Assembly: GCA_964016885.1 (NCBI GenBank)
Contig: OZ024742.1
Location: 231,012,001 to 231,076,000 of the forward strand
Direction of reading: 5' to 3'
DNA length: 64,000 nt
Source of the DNA: Eledone cirrhosa
Lineage: Eukaryota
Shown: positions 1-13,231 of the stretch, one piece after another
How the letters are laid out: each line of letters begins with the position of its first letter
Numbering within the stretch: the stretch's first letter is position 1
Notes under the pieces: generated by a model
Told to the model about the DNA's origin: nothing
Seen by the model: only the letters and a program-made list of their open reading frames with translations
Databases searched by the model: none
Translations under genes and position numbers: made by a program

Positions 1-1634
1 TTTCTTTTTTTATTTGTTGTAATGGAATTGTGTTCGTGAATAGTTTGCAGAAGTGCGACAAAAAATTTAACATCTCGCGAAATAAATGAAAAGCCAAAAT
101 AACTGTCTTTGTATTATAGTCAGTAACTCACTATGTGTTACATTCCATGGCAAATTTTCAACAATTGCAGTGAAATTACGTTAGTAACTAGGTTGAAGCG
201 GTGCGACGAAAATTTTGACACCATAAGATACAAATGAAAAACGAAGATAAAAGTTTTAGTGTTATATTGAGTAACTAATTTTGTGTTGTACTCAGTTACT
301 AACTTAGGTTATTATAGTCATTAATTCCTTCTCCACAATTATTGTCAAATCGTATTACTGGACAGATTTTCAAAGGTGGGACGAACATTTTGACACCACG
401 CAAAATATACGATTGTGTTTTTAGATTGTTAAAATGGCTCTTGTATGATATAATCGCACCAATTCTGTAGTGTCACCTATAATATAATTTCCATAATCTT
501 ACAGGTGATTTACTCTCTAACTAGTCTGCTCTCTTAACTGAACTAACTTTTACACTATGATACACTAATATAATTAGTTTCTGGTATTATACGTTGACAA
601 TACCAATTTTGTTGGTAAGTTTATACGGAGTAAGCTGGTAATTATAGCGTTGATAGCATCAGATGAAACATCTAAGTAGGATTAATGGTTAACAATTTAA
701 CATCTAACATCAAATTGGTACTGAAAATAATGATGAATTCTTGACATTCGCACCAAACTTCCAATTTGTAGATTAAATCTACCCTACTTTATTGCATTGG
801 AGGTACACTTCATTCGAATGTATTAGTACATAATTTTGTTTTTCATTTACGAGATGAAAGAAGCTGAAGGCGTGTAGCTATATGGCTAGAATGTTGTCAG
901 TGCGATCACAATACCATAGGTTCGATTTCTAAACCGGGTGACGCGTTATCCTTGAGCAAAGCACCTCATTTCAGATTTTTTCAGTTCACTCAGCCTGAAA
1001 ATTAATAGTTATTCCTGCGACGAACTGGCACCTCGTCGGTGTAGTTGCAGTCTTATACTCTCAGTCATTTAATTTCTCAATCCACCGAAAATGGTCCTGC
1101 TTAAAAGTAAGTGTTGTGTCCTCTGTTAAATAAACCAAATTTTTAACGAAATATTATACGCTACTTACGATGTTTAAGTAGCGTTTATATTGAAAATGAA
1201 AATGGCATGTAATGCCCAATGTTAATTCGTAAATTTCCTAGAAATCATTAACGTAATCGGAAATTCTTTTCGTCCGCAGCAATGCGAGGGTACTAACTAA
1301 TGTGTGCTGCAAATTTCGAGGAAATCGGCTGGATTATCTTTAAGTTACTCCTCAAAAAAGCTTTAAAATGCCTAAAAAATGCGGATTTTCGGCTAATGCT
1401 AGTCCTAGAGCAGAAAAAGTTCAAATTATGTTAGCCCATTACACTTCAAGAAATATAAGTAACGCATGCGTAAAGTTTGGAAAAGATCGGTCGGGGTACT
1501 TCTCGAGTTTTATATATATATAGATAAAACAATATAAAATAAATTAACAATAAAGACTAATTATATATATATATCCGGTGGTATATTTGTTGTGCAGCAT
1601 TTTAGATATGTTATAGTGTAGTGTGTTGAAACAG

Positions 1635-2122
1635 ATATTGTTATATTTGGGGAGGGTCATGTTGTCCAAATATTGCAAAGATAGTAAAACACGCTCACTG
1701 TTTGGTTTGGTCTGGTTTTCGCTTCAATATATTTTTATATCTAAGTAATTTAGCTGGCAATTAATTGTTTCTACTTTAGGCACAAGGCCAGCAATTACCC
1801 AGTGCATTACTGGTACTTTATTTTATCGACCCCGTAAGGATGAAAGGTAAATTTAGCTGGCAATTAATGTTTATCAAAAACGTTATAGAAGCACAGCGGG
1901 AGGAGAGACAGGGATGACCACTGAAAATGTCACAGAAATGTGTGACGAAAGAACTTTGATAAATTATATTTATATTTTTAACTGTTGGTCAACATTGATT
2001 GCCAGCTAAATTATTTATAAAAATATAAAAATATACTAAAGCGAAAACCAAACCAGACAGTGAGTTTGTTTAAGTATTTTTGGCAATATTAACACAACCT
2101 GAGCCTCCCCAAATATAACAAT
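1635..2122. mobile_element. Inverted-repeat PLE-derived remnant with decayed hammerhead (1921-1958)
   Basis: 1635-1765 is a diverged reverse complement of about 1990-2122. Central CTGAAAAT-GTCACA-loop-TGTGAC-GAAA is also seen at 46927 as TGAAGAGGTCACAGAATGTGTGACGAAA. Flanked by (TA)n. Confidence 0.55.
1766..1849 (-). mobile_element. 5'-truncated Nin-domain SINE with 19-bp TSD
   Basis: SINE 3' half flanked by AATTTAGCTGGCAATTAAT at 1747-1765 and 1850-1868. Confidence 0.9.
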
Positions 2123-2583
2123 ATATATATAACAGAAACCTGTATTAGCAAGTTATATTTTATTATATTTTATGTATTTTCATTTCTTATACAAATGTTA
2201 GGCTTGGTATAAAATTTCAATCAATCCCCCTGAGTAGTTCCCTTGCCTCCCCCCCCCCTCCCTGGTGGCCCTAAACTACGATGACTGGTAACATTTAAAC
2301 ACAAAACGTATAGTAAAAGGAAAGGGAATGATCGTCCGCACGGACCAAAGAAACAATACTTCTATTACTAATACACAACGCCTGGCAAAAGGGAGCGGGG
2401 TTTGATATACCGCAAAGAATCCCGTCTGAGTATTCTAACAAGTCCACGAGTCCTTCGCCTTTAGACTGGTACATCATTGTTCGACTTTCACAATATCTGA
2501 ACTCAGTAATTCGGAACAAATACCGAGGCTTGAATCCGATGCCCTAACGACCCGTATAGAAATAAAACTAAATACTGTAACTC

Positions 2584-2793
2584 TGGCAGTATCAGTAGAG
2601 AGTCTGACGCAATGCTTTGCAGCAAGAGTTACGGCCCTGTATGGTCTGAGTTCAAATCCCGCCGAGGTTAACTTTGCCTTTCATCCTTACGGCGTCGATA
2701 AAATAAAGTACCAGTCATGCACTGGGGTCGATTTAATCAACTTCCCCCTCCCCCAAAGTTGCTGGCCTTGTGACAAAAGTAGAAACAATTATT
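2584..2793 (+). mobile_element. tRNA-derived Nin-domain SINE (octopus OR-type)
   Basis: A box TGGCAGTATCAG, B box GAGTTCAAATCC, GCCTTTCATCCTTAC-GTCGATAAAATAAAGTACCAG core, AGAAACAATTATT tail; multicopy in the window. Confidence 0.9.
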
Positions 2794-3449
2794 AAGTCTT
2801 GTGCTCTACAGTTTTTGGTACTGACATTCTGTCATCTTTGTACAGAATATATTATTTAAATTTCATCATTATTGCCAGTTATAAAAAAAATAATTTTACA
2901 TACAGAAATGTTTTCAACAACGATAGATTGATAATGTTAACATGAAAGGAAAAATGTTCATGTTTATTTACGCCTACAAGTTTATTCAGGCACACACATA
3001 CGAATATAAATGTGTGAATGTGTGTAAATGTCAGTGTGATTGTGTATGCTATACATTCATTATGTGTGTATATGTGTCGGCATGTGTGCGTTTGCAATTG
3101 TGTGTAATTGCTCCTAAATCCGTTTTCATGAAATATTGATGAACATTTTCGAATAAAATTATTTAAATCGTTAGATTTTAATCCTTTGGTGAATGATTAG
3201 TAGCTTCCGAAGTTCCCCTATAATAATGCGATAAAAATGTTCATTTTATATTGTTAAAATGTTGACAGTAATCTATAAAATGTTATTAATGGTAGCCGTC
3301 CTTACTTGTCTTCAGTGAAATATAGTTCTGATGTCACGTACGTATTTCATTTGAAAGGAATTTCTTTTTAAATGCAATCGATATTTCCTAAATAAATAAA
3401 CTTACAACTCTTCCGTCACTATTTCGGTATGATGTGGTTGTTATTGTTG

Positions 3450-3750
3450 GGCCACCGTCAGTTTCGACGATGAATATTCCAATTTATCGATCAATAAACC
3501 TACCTTCTCGTGAAACTAAACTACAAGTGACTGAGCATTCCGCAGAACGAGGAGATTTGGCGTGAAACTGTGTGTGACAAGACTGACCCTTTGAATTGCA
3601 GGTACAAATCGATAAAGCTCATTTTGCCAAATGAATGAACTGAGGTATTGTGAAATAAAGTGTCTTGCTCGCAGATATAAAATGTTGTCAGGGATCGAAA
3701 TGACGACTTACCGATTGTAAATCGAGCACACTAACCATTTCATCACGCTC
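3450..3750 (-). mobile_element. Diverged second SINE family (same as 27940-28268)
   Basis: Reverse-complement similarity (CTCGTGAAACTAA, GACTGAGCATTCC, AAAGTGTCTTGCTC). Confidence 0.7.
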
Positions 3751-3871
3751 TTTTATAATCACGTACGTATTTCGTTTGAAAAGAATTAACTTTGAAACGC
3801 ATCATTTTCAGTTTTAAAAAAAACCTACATCTCTTTCGTAACTGTTTCAGTAAGGAAGGCAAGAAAACTGA

Positions 3872-4061
3872 TAATAATTGTTTCTATTTTTGGCACAAGG
3901 CCAGCAATTACCCAGTGTATTACTGGTACTTTATTTTATCGACCCCGTAAGGATCAAAGGCAAAGTTAACCTCGGCGGGATTTGAACTCAGAATGGCAAG
4001 GGCCGTAACTCTATCCGTCAAAGCATGGCGTTCGACCCTCTACCAATACTGCCAATCCACC
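3872..4061 (-). mobile_element. Nin-domain SINE
   Basis: Full-length reverse copy of the 2584 family. Confidence 0.9.
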
Positions 4062-4670
4062 TGATCATTTGCTTCAGACTGACTAGGAGCAGCTAATTGT
4101 CTGAGGAAATGTTAGGTTAGCTTATCACAAAAAAAAAAGATCCAGTGTATTTTATCATTGATAACTTGCGTTACAATTATCGGAATAATAATTTTGGTGA
4201 GCCTTTATTTAGATAATATCGACTCCAGAGACTACTTTATATCAATAATCTCGATTGTAAAGTATAGGATCGCGACTTCCCCCAGTAGTTAAGTGGCTCT
4301 CATGGGAATTCTTCTTTTAGAAGATGACTGAAAGATATTTCTAGAAACGTTGATCGTCTATTGTATTTGGTTGTTTCCTTTTCCCTATTATAGTATATCA
4401 GGAAAAGCAATCATTAGATTTATAGTAAACAGATAAATAGAAGATGGTTGAATTGATTCAACTTCTGCCGGCAAATCTTCAGTCAGATACTCATCAGCGA
4501 AATACATCAAGACATATATTTCACAGGGAATTGAATGGCTGAAGGTTGATGATCTTGAGGATATGTTGCTGAAGATTGTGAATTCTCGATATATTTCGAT
4601 CTGATCGAGAAATATTTAGTTTATTTATATCTCTAAACATTGTTATTAAATAAGTAGCTGATAAGCCTGT

Positions 4671-4960
4671 TACACACACACACACACACATACACACACA
4701 CACACACACAAACACACATTTACACACAAACACACATTTACACACAAACACACATTTACACACAAACACACATTTACACACAAACACACAAACACACATT
4801 TACATACAAACACACATACACGCACACAAACACACAAACACGCACACACACATACACACACAGATACATACACACAACACACACAAACACACACATACAT
4901 GCACACACATACGCACGCACACACACACGCAACACACACAAACACACACAGACACACACA
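4671..4960. repeat. (CA)n microsatellite with 18-bp higher-order unit
   Basis: CACACAAACACACATTTA repeated about 4 times within a CA tract. Confidence 0.9.
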
Positions 4961-5760
4961 TTGCTGCATATATATACTATCAGTTTGACATATATATCCA
5001 CATTACTAGCGGTTTCAATACGTAAACACGTGTCTCATTGGTGCATGGAAAATAAAACTTATTTTCCACACATCTTGTGAGATAGGAGTGTTTAAGTCTC
5101 GAAACCTATGGTAATGCGGGAACAAGTCAAATTGTTCGCATAAATACTATCAATTTACACATTATGTGTTGATTGCCTTTTTACTTCATTAGTATCACAC
5201 TTGCATATATTGGTTCGTCAAGTATGAAATTTGTAAAAATTTGTAAAGAAAATACAAATTTCTACAAATTTCATAACTGACGACCCAGTATATTAGGTTG
5301 TAACAAAAGTTCGTAGCGTTTTTTACTATTGGTTGCGTTTAATTACGTGATTTAGTTGATCATGTGACATATGACATATATATATGTATATTCTAAAAGA
5401 GGAGATCTTAATGCATTCCCTCTATCTGAATATTGTGTGTGTGTGTGTGTGTGTGTGTGTTTGTGTGAGTGTGTGTTTAATCTGTTTTCTGTATTTGTTT
5501 ATGCTTTATTGACATGACATAGCGATGTGGCTAAAAGAGATCGATAAAATAAGTAGTAGGATCGATATGACCCTTCAACTTTTTATGCCAAACGGCCTAA
5601 AACTGCCCCTGGTTCTATGACAAAAAAGCACTTTATGTTAAGGCATTTGTATTTATCTAAAAACCTTCCATTCTATTTCTATGTAAAAACCTTTGTTATG
5701 TTATTCTCCAAACGCCAGCTTGATAATGAGAAAATTAGTTACATTATTAAATCTCTAGTG

Positions 5761-5950
5761 TTGGATTAGCAGTATCGGTAGAGCCTCAGACACCATGCTT
5801 TGTAGCATGGAGTTATGGCCCTTTACGTTCTGAGTTCAAATCCCGCCGAGTTTAACTTTGCCTTTCATGCTTACGGAGTCGACAGAATAAAGCACCAGTA
5901 ATGCACTGGGGTATTTGCTGGCCTTATGCCAAAAATGGAAACACTTATTA
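5761..5950 (+). mobile_element. Nin-domain SINE
   Basis: A/B boxes and core of the same family. Confidence 0.9.
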
Positions 5951-6135
5951 AATCTCTCCAACTTCTTGATTATTTTCAAAAGTTTCTGAAGGCCATAGAT
6001 ATAATCTTCGATTAGAAATGTGGTAACGAAAGGATTAAGGCGGTGCCCCAGTATGACCGTAGTCTAATGATTGAAACATGGAAAAAATAACGACCATATT
6101 TGTAGATGATAGAAGTTTATTGGACGAGGTTATAT

Positions 6136-6325
6136 ATTGTTTCAACGTTTGGCACAAGGCCAGCAATTATCCCAGTGATTTACTGGTACTTTATTTTATC
6201 GACACCGTAAGGATGAAAGGCAAAGTTAACCTCGGCGGGATTTGAACTCAGAAGGTCAGATGCCATAACTCTATGCTGCAAAGCATGGCGTCCAACCCTC
6301 TACCGATACCACCAATCCACCGTCA
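6136..6325 (-). mobile_element. Nin-domain SINE
   Basis: Full-length reverse copy; TTATATATTG on both flanks. Confidence 0.9.
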
Positions 6326-6886
6326 GTTTATATATTGCTGAAATGTTTGACATGGTTGTGAACGAGTTTAAATGGTGGAGGAAGGTATTGTTATTAGATA
6401 TATTATATTAGCAGTTGTAATTCCACTTTTATATTTATTATTCAAATATTTAAGAATATGGTTACTTGTAAAGATTCTTGGATAACGTGTTGTGGCTGTT
6501 TCTATGTATGCTTGAATGTTTGTCTGTACGCATGTATAGCTGTCTTTATCAATGCATGTTTGAATGTATATACGTTTATAAATATATGTTTTTGAATGTG
6601 TGTGCGTGTGTGTGAGTGTGTGTGTGTATGTGAGTGTGTGTGTATGAATGTTTATATATACACATATAGCTATTTATATACGTTTATGAATGTATGTTTT
6701 CGTGTATCCGTCTGTCTGTATATGTATATATATATATATATGTGTGTGTGTGAGTGTGTGTGTGTGTGTGTTTTTATTTGTGTGTGTGTGTATGTGGTGT
6801 GTGTATGAATTTTGTATATACGTATATAGTTATATACGGTTATGAATGTATGCGTTCGTGTATCTGTCTATGTGTATAGGTATATG

Positions 6887-6920
<34 letters not shown>

Positions 6921-7366
6921 CGTGTGTATGTGGACGCGCATGTGTGTGGGCGTTGGTGTGTGTGCGTATGTATGTGTGTGTGAGTGCTTGTTATTGCTCA
7001 AAATTGTAGAAATTCACCACCTAAATTATACGCAAATGCATAACCAGTTGGATCCTTTTTTAAATATTTATATATAGATTAACTTGTATAGTTATAATTA
7101 TAATTATACTTCACTTATTTTATGTTTAATTTTATGTTTCAGTTAGTTTAAACAAGATCACTCTTTCATTTCATGCTTTCGAAGAAACTAAAATAAACAA
7201 TCAATTTGTATAAAATTATAATTTTTAATATGGAAATGATATTTTACAAAAACAATCCATGTCAAAATTATTGATTACCCTCTTCATAAACATGCAATAT
7301 TCTTGTTTTGTGTTATTGTTTATTTATTCTTTCACTGGTTTCAGTCGTTAGACTAAGGTCGTATTG

Positions 7367-7757
7367 CACACCTGCCAACCTCTTAAAACCAAAACGGGGA
7401 GTACCATGAAAAAAAGTACTCCAAAACGGGGAGAAAGGAGGCAAAATGGGGAGATTTTACATAATTGTTTCTACGTTAGGCACAAGGCCAGCAATTACCC
7501 AGTGCATTACTGGTACTTTATTTTATCGACCCCGTAAGGATGAAAGGCAAAGTAAACCTCGGCGGGATTTGAACTCAGACCGTAAAGGGACGTAACTATG
7601 CTGGAAAGCATGGCGTCCAATTCTCTACCGATACTGCCAATCCACCGGGGAGATTTTACATAATGAAAGATATACCCATTTTCACAAAAAACATCTCTTA
7701 CCAACCCCAAAGTGGGTGGAAGATTTATCCATCGGACTGGGAGAATTGACAGGTCTG
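7367..7757 (+). mobile_element. MITE (CAGACCTGYCAAC-type TIR) interrupted by a SINE
   Basis: Ends CACACCTGCCAAC / ATTGACAGGTCTG. Homologous to 33530-33942 and to the empty copy 55684-55872. Confidence 0.8.
7466..7646 (-). mobile_element. Nin-domain SINE with 18-bp TSD
   Basis: GGGGAGATTTTACATAAT at 7448-7465 and 7647-7664. Confidence 0.92.
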
Positions 7758-8442
7758 ATATTGGGACAACGCCTTGAAAAGATCTCCTTGGCCATATCGA
7801 CCCCAGTACTAATTTTTCTTCTTTTTTTTCAAATCCCGTGCTTATTTTATCGATGACTTTATATCAGACCGGTCGTTACGGGACGTAAAAATAAGTACAC
7901 ACACATGCAAATACACACATACATATATGTGTGCATGTGTGTAAATATATATATATATATATTTGTGTGTATGGCTGGCTTCTGCAGTTTCTGTCACCTA
8001 ATTCCACTTATAAGGTATTGGTCAACCTGATATATATTAATTTCTTATCTAAGCACAATACCTACAAGTCAATTATATCGACCCCAGCATTTAACTGGTT
8101 CTTTATATCCACCCGTGAAAAGAGGAAAGGTCAAGTTGACCTCAGCAGAATTTGAACATCGAATGATGCAAAGAATTTTGTCCAACGCTCTACCGATTCA
8201 TCCAATCCGGCCGTGATAGAAGACATGTTTAATGAATACTTTACTCCATGTTCCCTTACGTCAATCCTGCGCTTTATTTTGTTATATAATGATATATTTT
8301 GTTAATGATATATAAACATATATCATTAAATCCCTCCAGATATTTTTTTTATATTTTCAAATTGTTTGAAAAATTATAGGCTGCGTCTTTCATTGGAAAT
8401 ATGGCCACAGTTTAAATACTGAAACAAGTAAAATATAAAAAT

Positions 8443-8553
8443 AATTGTTTCTACTTTTGACACAAGGCCAGAAATTACCCAGTGCATTACTGGTACTTTA
8501 TTTTATCGACCCCGTAAGGATGAAAAGCAAAGTTAACCTCGGCGGGATTTGAA
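8443..8553 (-). mobile_element. Truncated Nin-domain SINE
   Basis: 3' half up to the B box. Confidence 0.85.
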
Positions 8554-9146
8554 CAAATATCCTTCTTCTTCCTTTGCTTCTCGCTGTGGTTCCCTGTATC
8601 TCTTTCACAACCTACCCACAAGGCACTTCAACCTGTTTCCTCACTTCCTGTCATACACTGTTCTCCTGTCTTTTCCTTCAATGCTCCGGGCCTAGCTGCT
8701 CACGTATCCCACTACTACTTACCTTCCTCCTCCTTCTAAAACAATGTCTACAAACTTGTCAAGTGTTGTTTTTTGTGTATAACTGCCCCTGATTTTTTAA
8801 GTTGCTTTCTTTTTCAGTCAAAAAAAGTCAATGTAAGTCTGGTTTTTCTTTACACTTAATATCTGTTTGATATTGACTCTCTTTACTTTGTTTGTGTATC
8901 AGTCGAACGACATTGATACTTTTATCTACCTCATTCTCTGGAAGCTATTTTATACCTTTTGACGTCACTTAAGCTAGCGGCCCTATTGTTTGGTTGCCAA
9001 ACCCGCAACGATTACTAGATGATAGCTATGAAAGGAAATTTCTGTGTTTTTATTCGTCCTTATTGTCTTTTTTGTTAATATTCTTAATCTCCACTCCTGT
9101 TGTGCAATATTTTTCATATCATTATCACTAACCCTCTGCATACATC

Positions 9147-9239
<93 letters not shown>

Positions 9240-9265
9240 TGTAATAAACAACATAAGATAATTAT

Positions 9266-9326
9266 TTCATTTACCAGTGGTTTCTTAAAAGCAGATATTG
9301 TATCTGTTTTCAGTCGTCAGAATGAA
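9266..9326 (-). ncRNA. Type-I hammerhead ribozyme (inverted pLTR copy)
   Basis: Minus strand: TTCATT-CTGACGA-stem II-GAAA-CCACTGG-TA-AATGAA. Confidence 0.85.
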
Positions 9327-9632
9327 TTTAAAAAATTGTGTTTTTATTAAATATGGATTTGAAAACAAAATTTAAGAGTGAGGTTGAAATTTAAAAGTGA
9401 GGCTGAAAAAACGGGCGAAAAGGGAGAGGGGGGAAAATATATATATATATAAACAATAAATATCCAGAACGTAAACATACACACACTAAACCACGCGCAT
9501 ATACTAAAAAGTACGTAGACGGATACTTTCTCACATAAGCGTATTAGCGTCTACAGACATGGACATAAATACATACGCATACATACATACACACGCACAT
9601 GCACATATACAAGCATAGATAATCATACACAC

Positions 9633-10165
9633 AGTGAAGACTAAAATTACCAACTCTAATCGTACGAGCGTAAATCCAGGATGCAGTTGCAGGAAGCCGA
9701 AAAAATGCCCATTACAGGGTAAATGTAATACCAAATCCATTGTGTATGAGGCTAAATTGATACCTAAATTGATACTAAATTGATACGCACCAGCCAGCCA
9801 GGAGTGAACGATATGTTGGCATGACTCAGGACAGATTCAAAACCAGGTATTATGCACATGTCGCTTCTTTCAAACACCTTGAAAAAAGAACAGCAATGGT
9901 GCTGGCAAATAAAGTGTGGGAGTTCAAAGACAAAAACATTCCGTACACTATTGATTGGTCTATTTTAGACCATTCAAGAGAATACCAAATGGGCACAAAC
10001 AAATGTTCTTTGTGCACCACGGAAAAATTTAGAATTCTCCAAAACTTGAAAGCCCCTTCCACTTGCCTCAACTCTAAGACCGAGATCTTTAGATGTTGTC
10101 CGCATCTGAAATCGCATCTACTTTTTAACTGGATTAACATTCCTACGATTACTCAACCACCTTGA
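9633..10165 (+). pseudogene. PLE GIY-YIG endonuclease (frameshifted)
   Basis: GCSCRKPKKCPLQGKCNTKSIVYEAK, then a triplicated CTAAATTGATA and frameshift, then YVGMTQDRFKTRYYAH...KCSLCTTEK...LNSKTEIFRCCPH. IVY/YVG motif with catalytic R, E, N and a Cys cluster. Confidence 0.85.
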
Positions 10166-11763
10166 GCTTCTTCTTTACTCATCACGCCTTCCACTCACCA
10201 CGAATATTATTACCTTATGAACTCATACATATATACTTTTTCTCCCTCATCTCCTTCTATATATCTCTTTATTTTTATCTTTTTATTTTTATTTTTATTT
10301 TTATCATTTTTTCCAGTTGACTTATAATCCCCCCCTACTTTCTACCTTACCTTTTACACATACACACCCACCACCTTTATCCGTTACTAAGTTCACTTTT
10401 TAACCAGATACTCTTATCTAGATCTCATCATAAACCTTTTACAACACTTTTTTCCCTTACCTGTACTTAATAATTGTGTTTATTATTGTTTATTATTTTA
10501 TTTCAATTTTACTCCCCTGTTGTCCTTACTTACCCACTGTTTTTTATAATGTACTTACATAGGGTTGTGTGCGGGCGCATATGCAGAGAGGGTTATGTGT
10601 ACATACATTTAATTGTACGTGTGTGTGTATGTGTGTGTGTATATATGTGCGTGTATATATATATATATATATATATGTCTGTATATGTATATATATATAT
10701 GTATGGATGTATGTATATATATGTATGTGCATATTTATATATGTGTATGTATGTATGTATATATATGTATGTGCATATATATATATGTGTATGTATATAT
10801 ATGTATATATATATATATGTATGTGTTTGTGCATATATATATGTGTGTGTGTTTGTATATGTTTATATTATATTTATATATGGTTATATGTATGTGTTTA
10901 CGTATATGTGGGTGTATGCGGCTGTATATATGCTTTCGTATATATGGGTTATTTAGTATGTATGGATTTTCGTATAGGGTTTTTGTATGCGATTTTCGTA
11001 TGGGGATTTTGTATGCGTGTACCTTTATGCGTATGTATGTGGATGTGTGTGTAATATGGTTGTATGCATGTTTTTATATATACGTGTGTATGCGTGTGGT
11101 TGTGTATGTGTATATGGTTTTTTTGCTCGCATGTGTATGTTTATGTGTACGTATGTTTATTCTATATTTTTGTGTATATATATATATATACATGCATATG
11201 TGTGTGTGTTTTTATACGTGTGTATGATTATCTATGCTTGTATATGTGTGTGTGCGTGTTTATGTATGTGTATATTTTTATATATATATATATATTTATG
11301 TATATGCACATCTCTTGTATTGGTTTATTTTTAAGTTGTTTTTAAATTGTTCCCCCTCCCTTCACACACTCATACTTATCGTTGTCAACACGTCTCCTTT
11401 TTGTCATTATTTTGTTTTTGACTTTGTATATTTTTTATTTTTTGTTTTTTTTTATTTATTACTTCTTGTATATGTATGTGTATGTATTTATGTCCCTGTC
11501 TGTAGACGCTAATACGCTTATGTGAGAAAGTATCCGTCTACGTACTTTTTAGTATATGCGCGTGTTTTAGTGTGTGTATGTATACGTTCTGGATATTATA
11601 ACCGCGTGGTTTAGTGTGTGTATGTTTACGTTCTGGATATTTATTGTTTATATATATATACATTTTTTCCCCTCTTTTTTCGCCCGTTTTTTTCAACCTC
11701 ACTTTCATATTTCTTAAATTTTGTTTTCAAATCCATATTTAATAAAAACACCATTTTTTTAAA

Positions 11764-11824
11764 TTCATTCTGACGACTGAAAACAGATACAATATCTGCT
11801 TTCAAGAAACCACTGGTAAATGAA
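11764..11824 (+). ncRNA. Type-I hammerhead ribozyme
   Basis: Stem I TTCATT/AATGAA, CTGACGA, stem II TGAAA.CAGATA/TATCTG.TTTCA, GAAA, stem III ACCACTGGT. Predicted cut after GUA at 11818. Confidence 0.88.
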
Positions 11825-11897
11825 ATAATTATCTTATGTTGTTTATTACATAGAGCACTCTTTTTTCCTGTACCTTTCCGACGGAATTACTTCATTT

Positions 11898-12047
<150 letters not shown>

Positions 12048-12128
12048 GAATTTTATATCAGAGACAACAAACAGAGGTACAAAAAGTCTTAATAGTTTCA
12101 AGTTTTATATTGGAAAGAGGAAAGAAAG

Positions 12129-12163
12129 TTCGACGTGTCGGGCTTAAGCCCTTCTTCGGGAGT
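12129..12163 (-). ncRNA. Decayed minimal hammerhead
   Basis: CCGAAGA-A-GGGC-TTAA-GCCC-GACA-CG-TC; two core substitutions. Confidence 0.55.
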
Positions 12164-12527
12164 ACAAATTAGAAACTGGATGACAAAGGATAAACAGAAA
12201 AAAATTCCAAGTAAAGATATAAAAATCAAAAATGGAGAGTGAAAACAGGACAACCGTAAAGTAGTCTTGGTAACGAGTTGGAACGCAAAGTGGAGTGGGT
12301 GTATGTGTTAATGTCGTTATATGTGTGAGAGTAAGTGTATGTTTAAACGTGTGTGATTTTAAAAAGTATATGGTGTAAAGTATCAAAGATAGTGTGGGTA
12401 TACATATATCCATGTGGTAGTGGTAGTGGACATGCATGTGTGAGTGAATGTAAGTTTGAATGTATGTACTGTATATGTGCGTTGAAGTAATTTTGTGCGT
12501 GTGTAAATTATCTGGCATTGTTAACGT

Positions 12528-12568
<41 letters not shown>

Positions 12569-12702
12569 TATTAGGGGTGCAAATTAATTGCGTCCATAGG
12601 CAGTATGCCAAGGTGAGCACTCAATGCTCGTGGGGAGCAGAGTATCAATGATAATATATAAGGGAACAAATAGTCAGTGTTGCATCATATACATATTTAA
12701 TT

Positions 12703-12794
12703 ACATATTACATATGTTTCACTGTTGATCAGCTCGAGGAACGATCGATTAATGATCGATCCTGACTCTGGAATCGGAAGCTCCTCAGATATGT
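12703..12794 (-). ncRNA. Type-I hammerhead with long stem II
   Basis: ACATAT-CTGAGGA-about 60 nt-GAAA-CATATG-TA-ATATGT; palindromic stem III ACATATGT. Confidence 0.75.
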
Positions 12795-13039
12795 GTACAG
12801 ATATGTGTACACAGACTCTGTAGACTTGCGCCTATGCATTTTGGCTGTTCAACGTGTCACGCTGTATATGTAACAAATAAGTATAATCTATACGAAACGT
12901 ATTGGTTATATAGCAATATATATATATATACATACATACATATATATATACATATATATATACATATATATATACATATATATATATATACACACACACA
13001 TATATATATATATACATTTATATATATATATATATATAT

Positions 13040-13231
13040 ATAGGAACAAGTAAGACCCCGGCGGCTGAGCTCAGGCCGTTTCGACGGCTAATTCTGGACT
13101 GAATTAGCCGTCGAAACGGCTTGAGCTCAGCCGTCGGGGTCTTACTTGTTCCTATTACCCACTCTACTACCGTAAGTATTGAGTACTTTGGTGCGTTATG
13201 GTCCACCTAGTTCCTTACCACATTTCCTTCG

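Larger units (their letters stand above)
9237..11894 (+). mobile_element. 5'-truncated Penelope-like retroelement with inverted 5' pseudo-LTR
   Basis: GIY-YIG remnant, long low-complexity 3' region and HHR-containing 3' end. 9237-9632 is an inverted partial copy of 11219-11850. Flanked by (TA)n and (CA)n(TA)n. Confidence 0.85.

Noticed and set aside
50-420. Degenerate 150-175 bp repeats (GTGCGAC.AAA.TTT.ACA)
   Set aside because: Too diverged to assign; not CRISPR-like.
2584-2665. tRNA gene
   Set aside because: The A/B boxes belong to the SINE head; no cloverleaf.
3334-3850. ~95-bp diverged direct repeat flanking a SINE
   Set aside because: Too long and diverged for a TSD; likely an old local duplication.
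4320-4500. Partial hammerhead-like strings
   Set aside because: No convincing stem I; cores incomplete.
9633-10165. Possible selenocysteine recoding as reported for some Naiad PLEs
   Set aside because: The TGA seen arises from a local triplication, not at a conserved Cys position; no SECIS identified.
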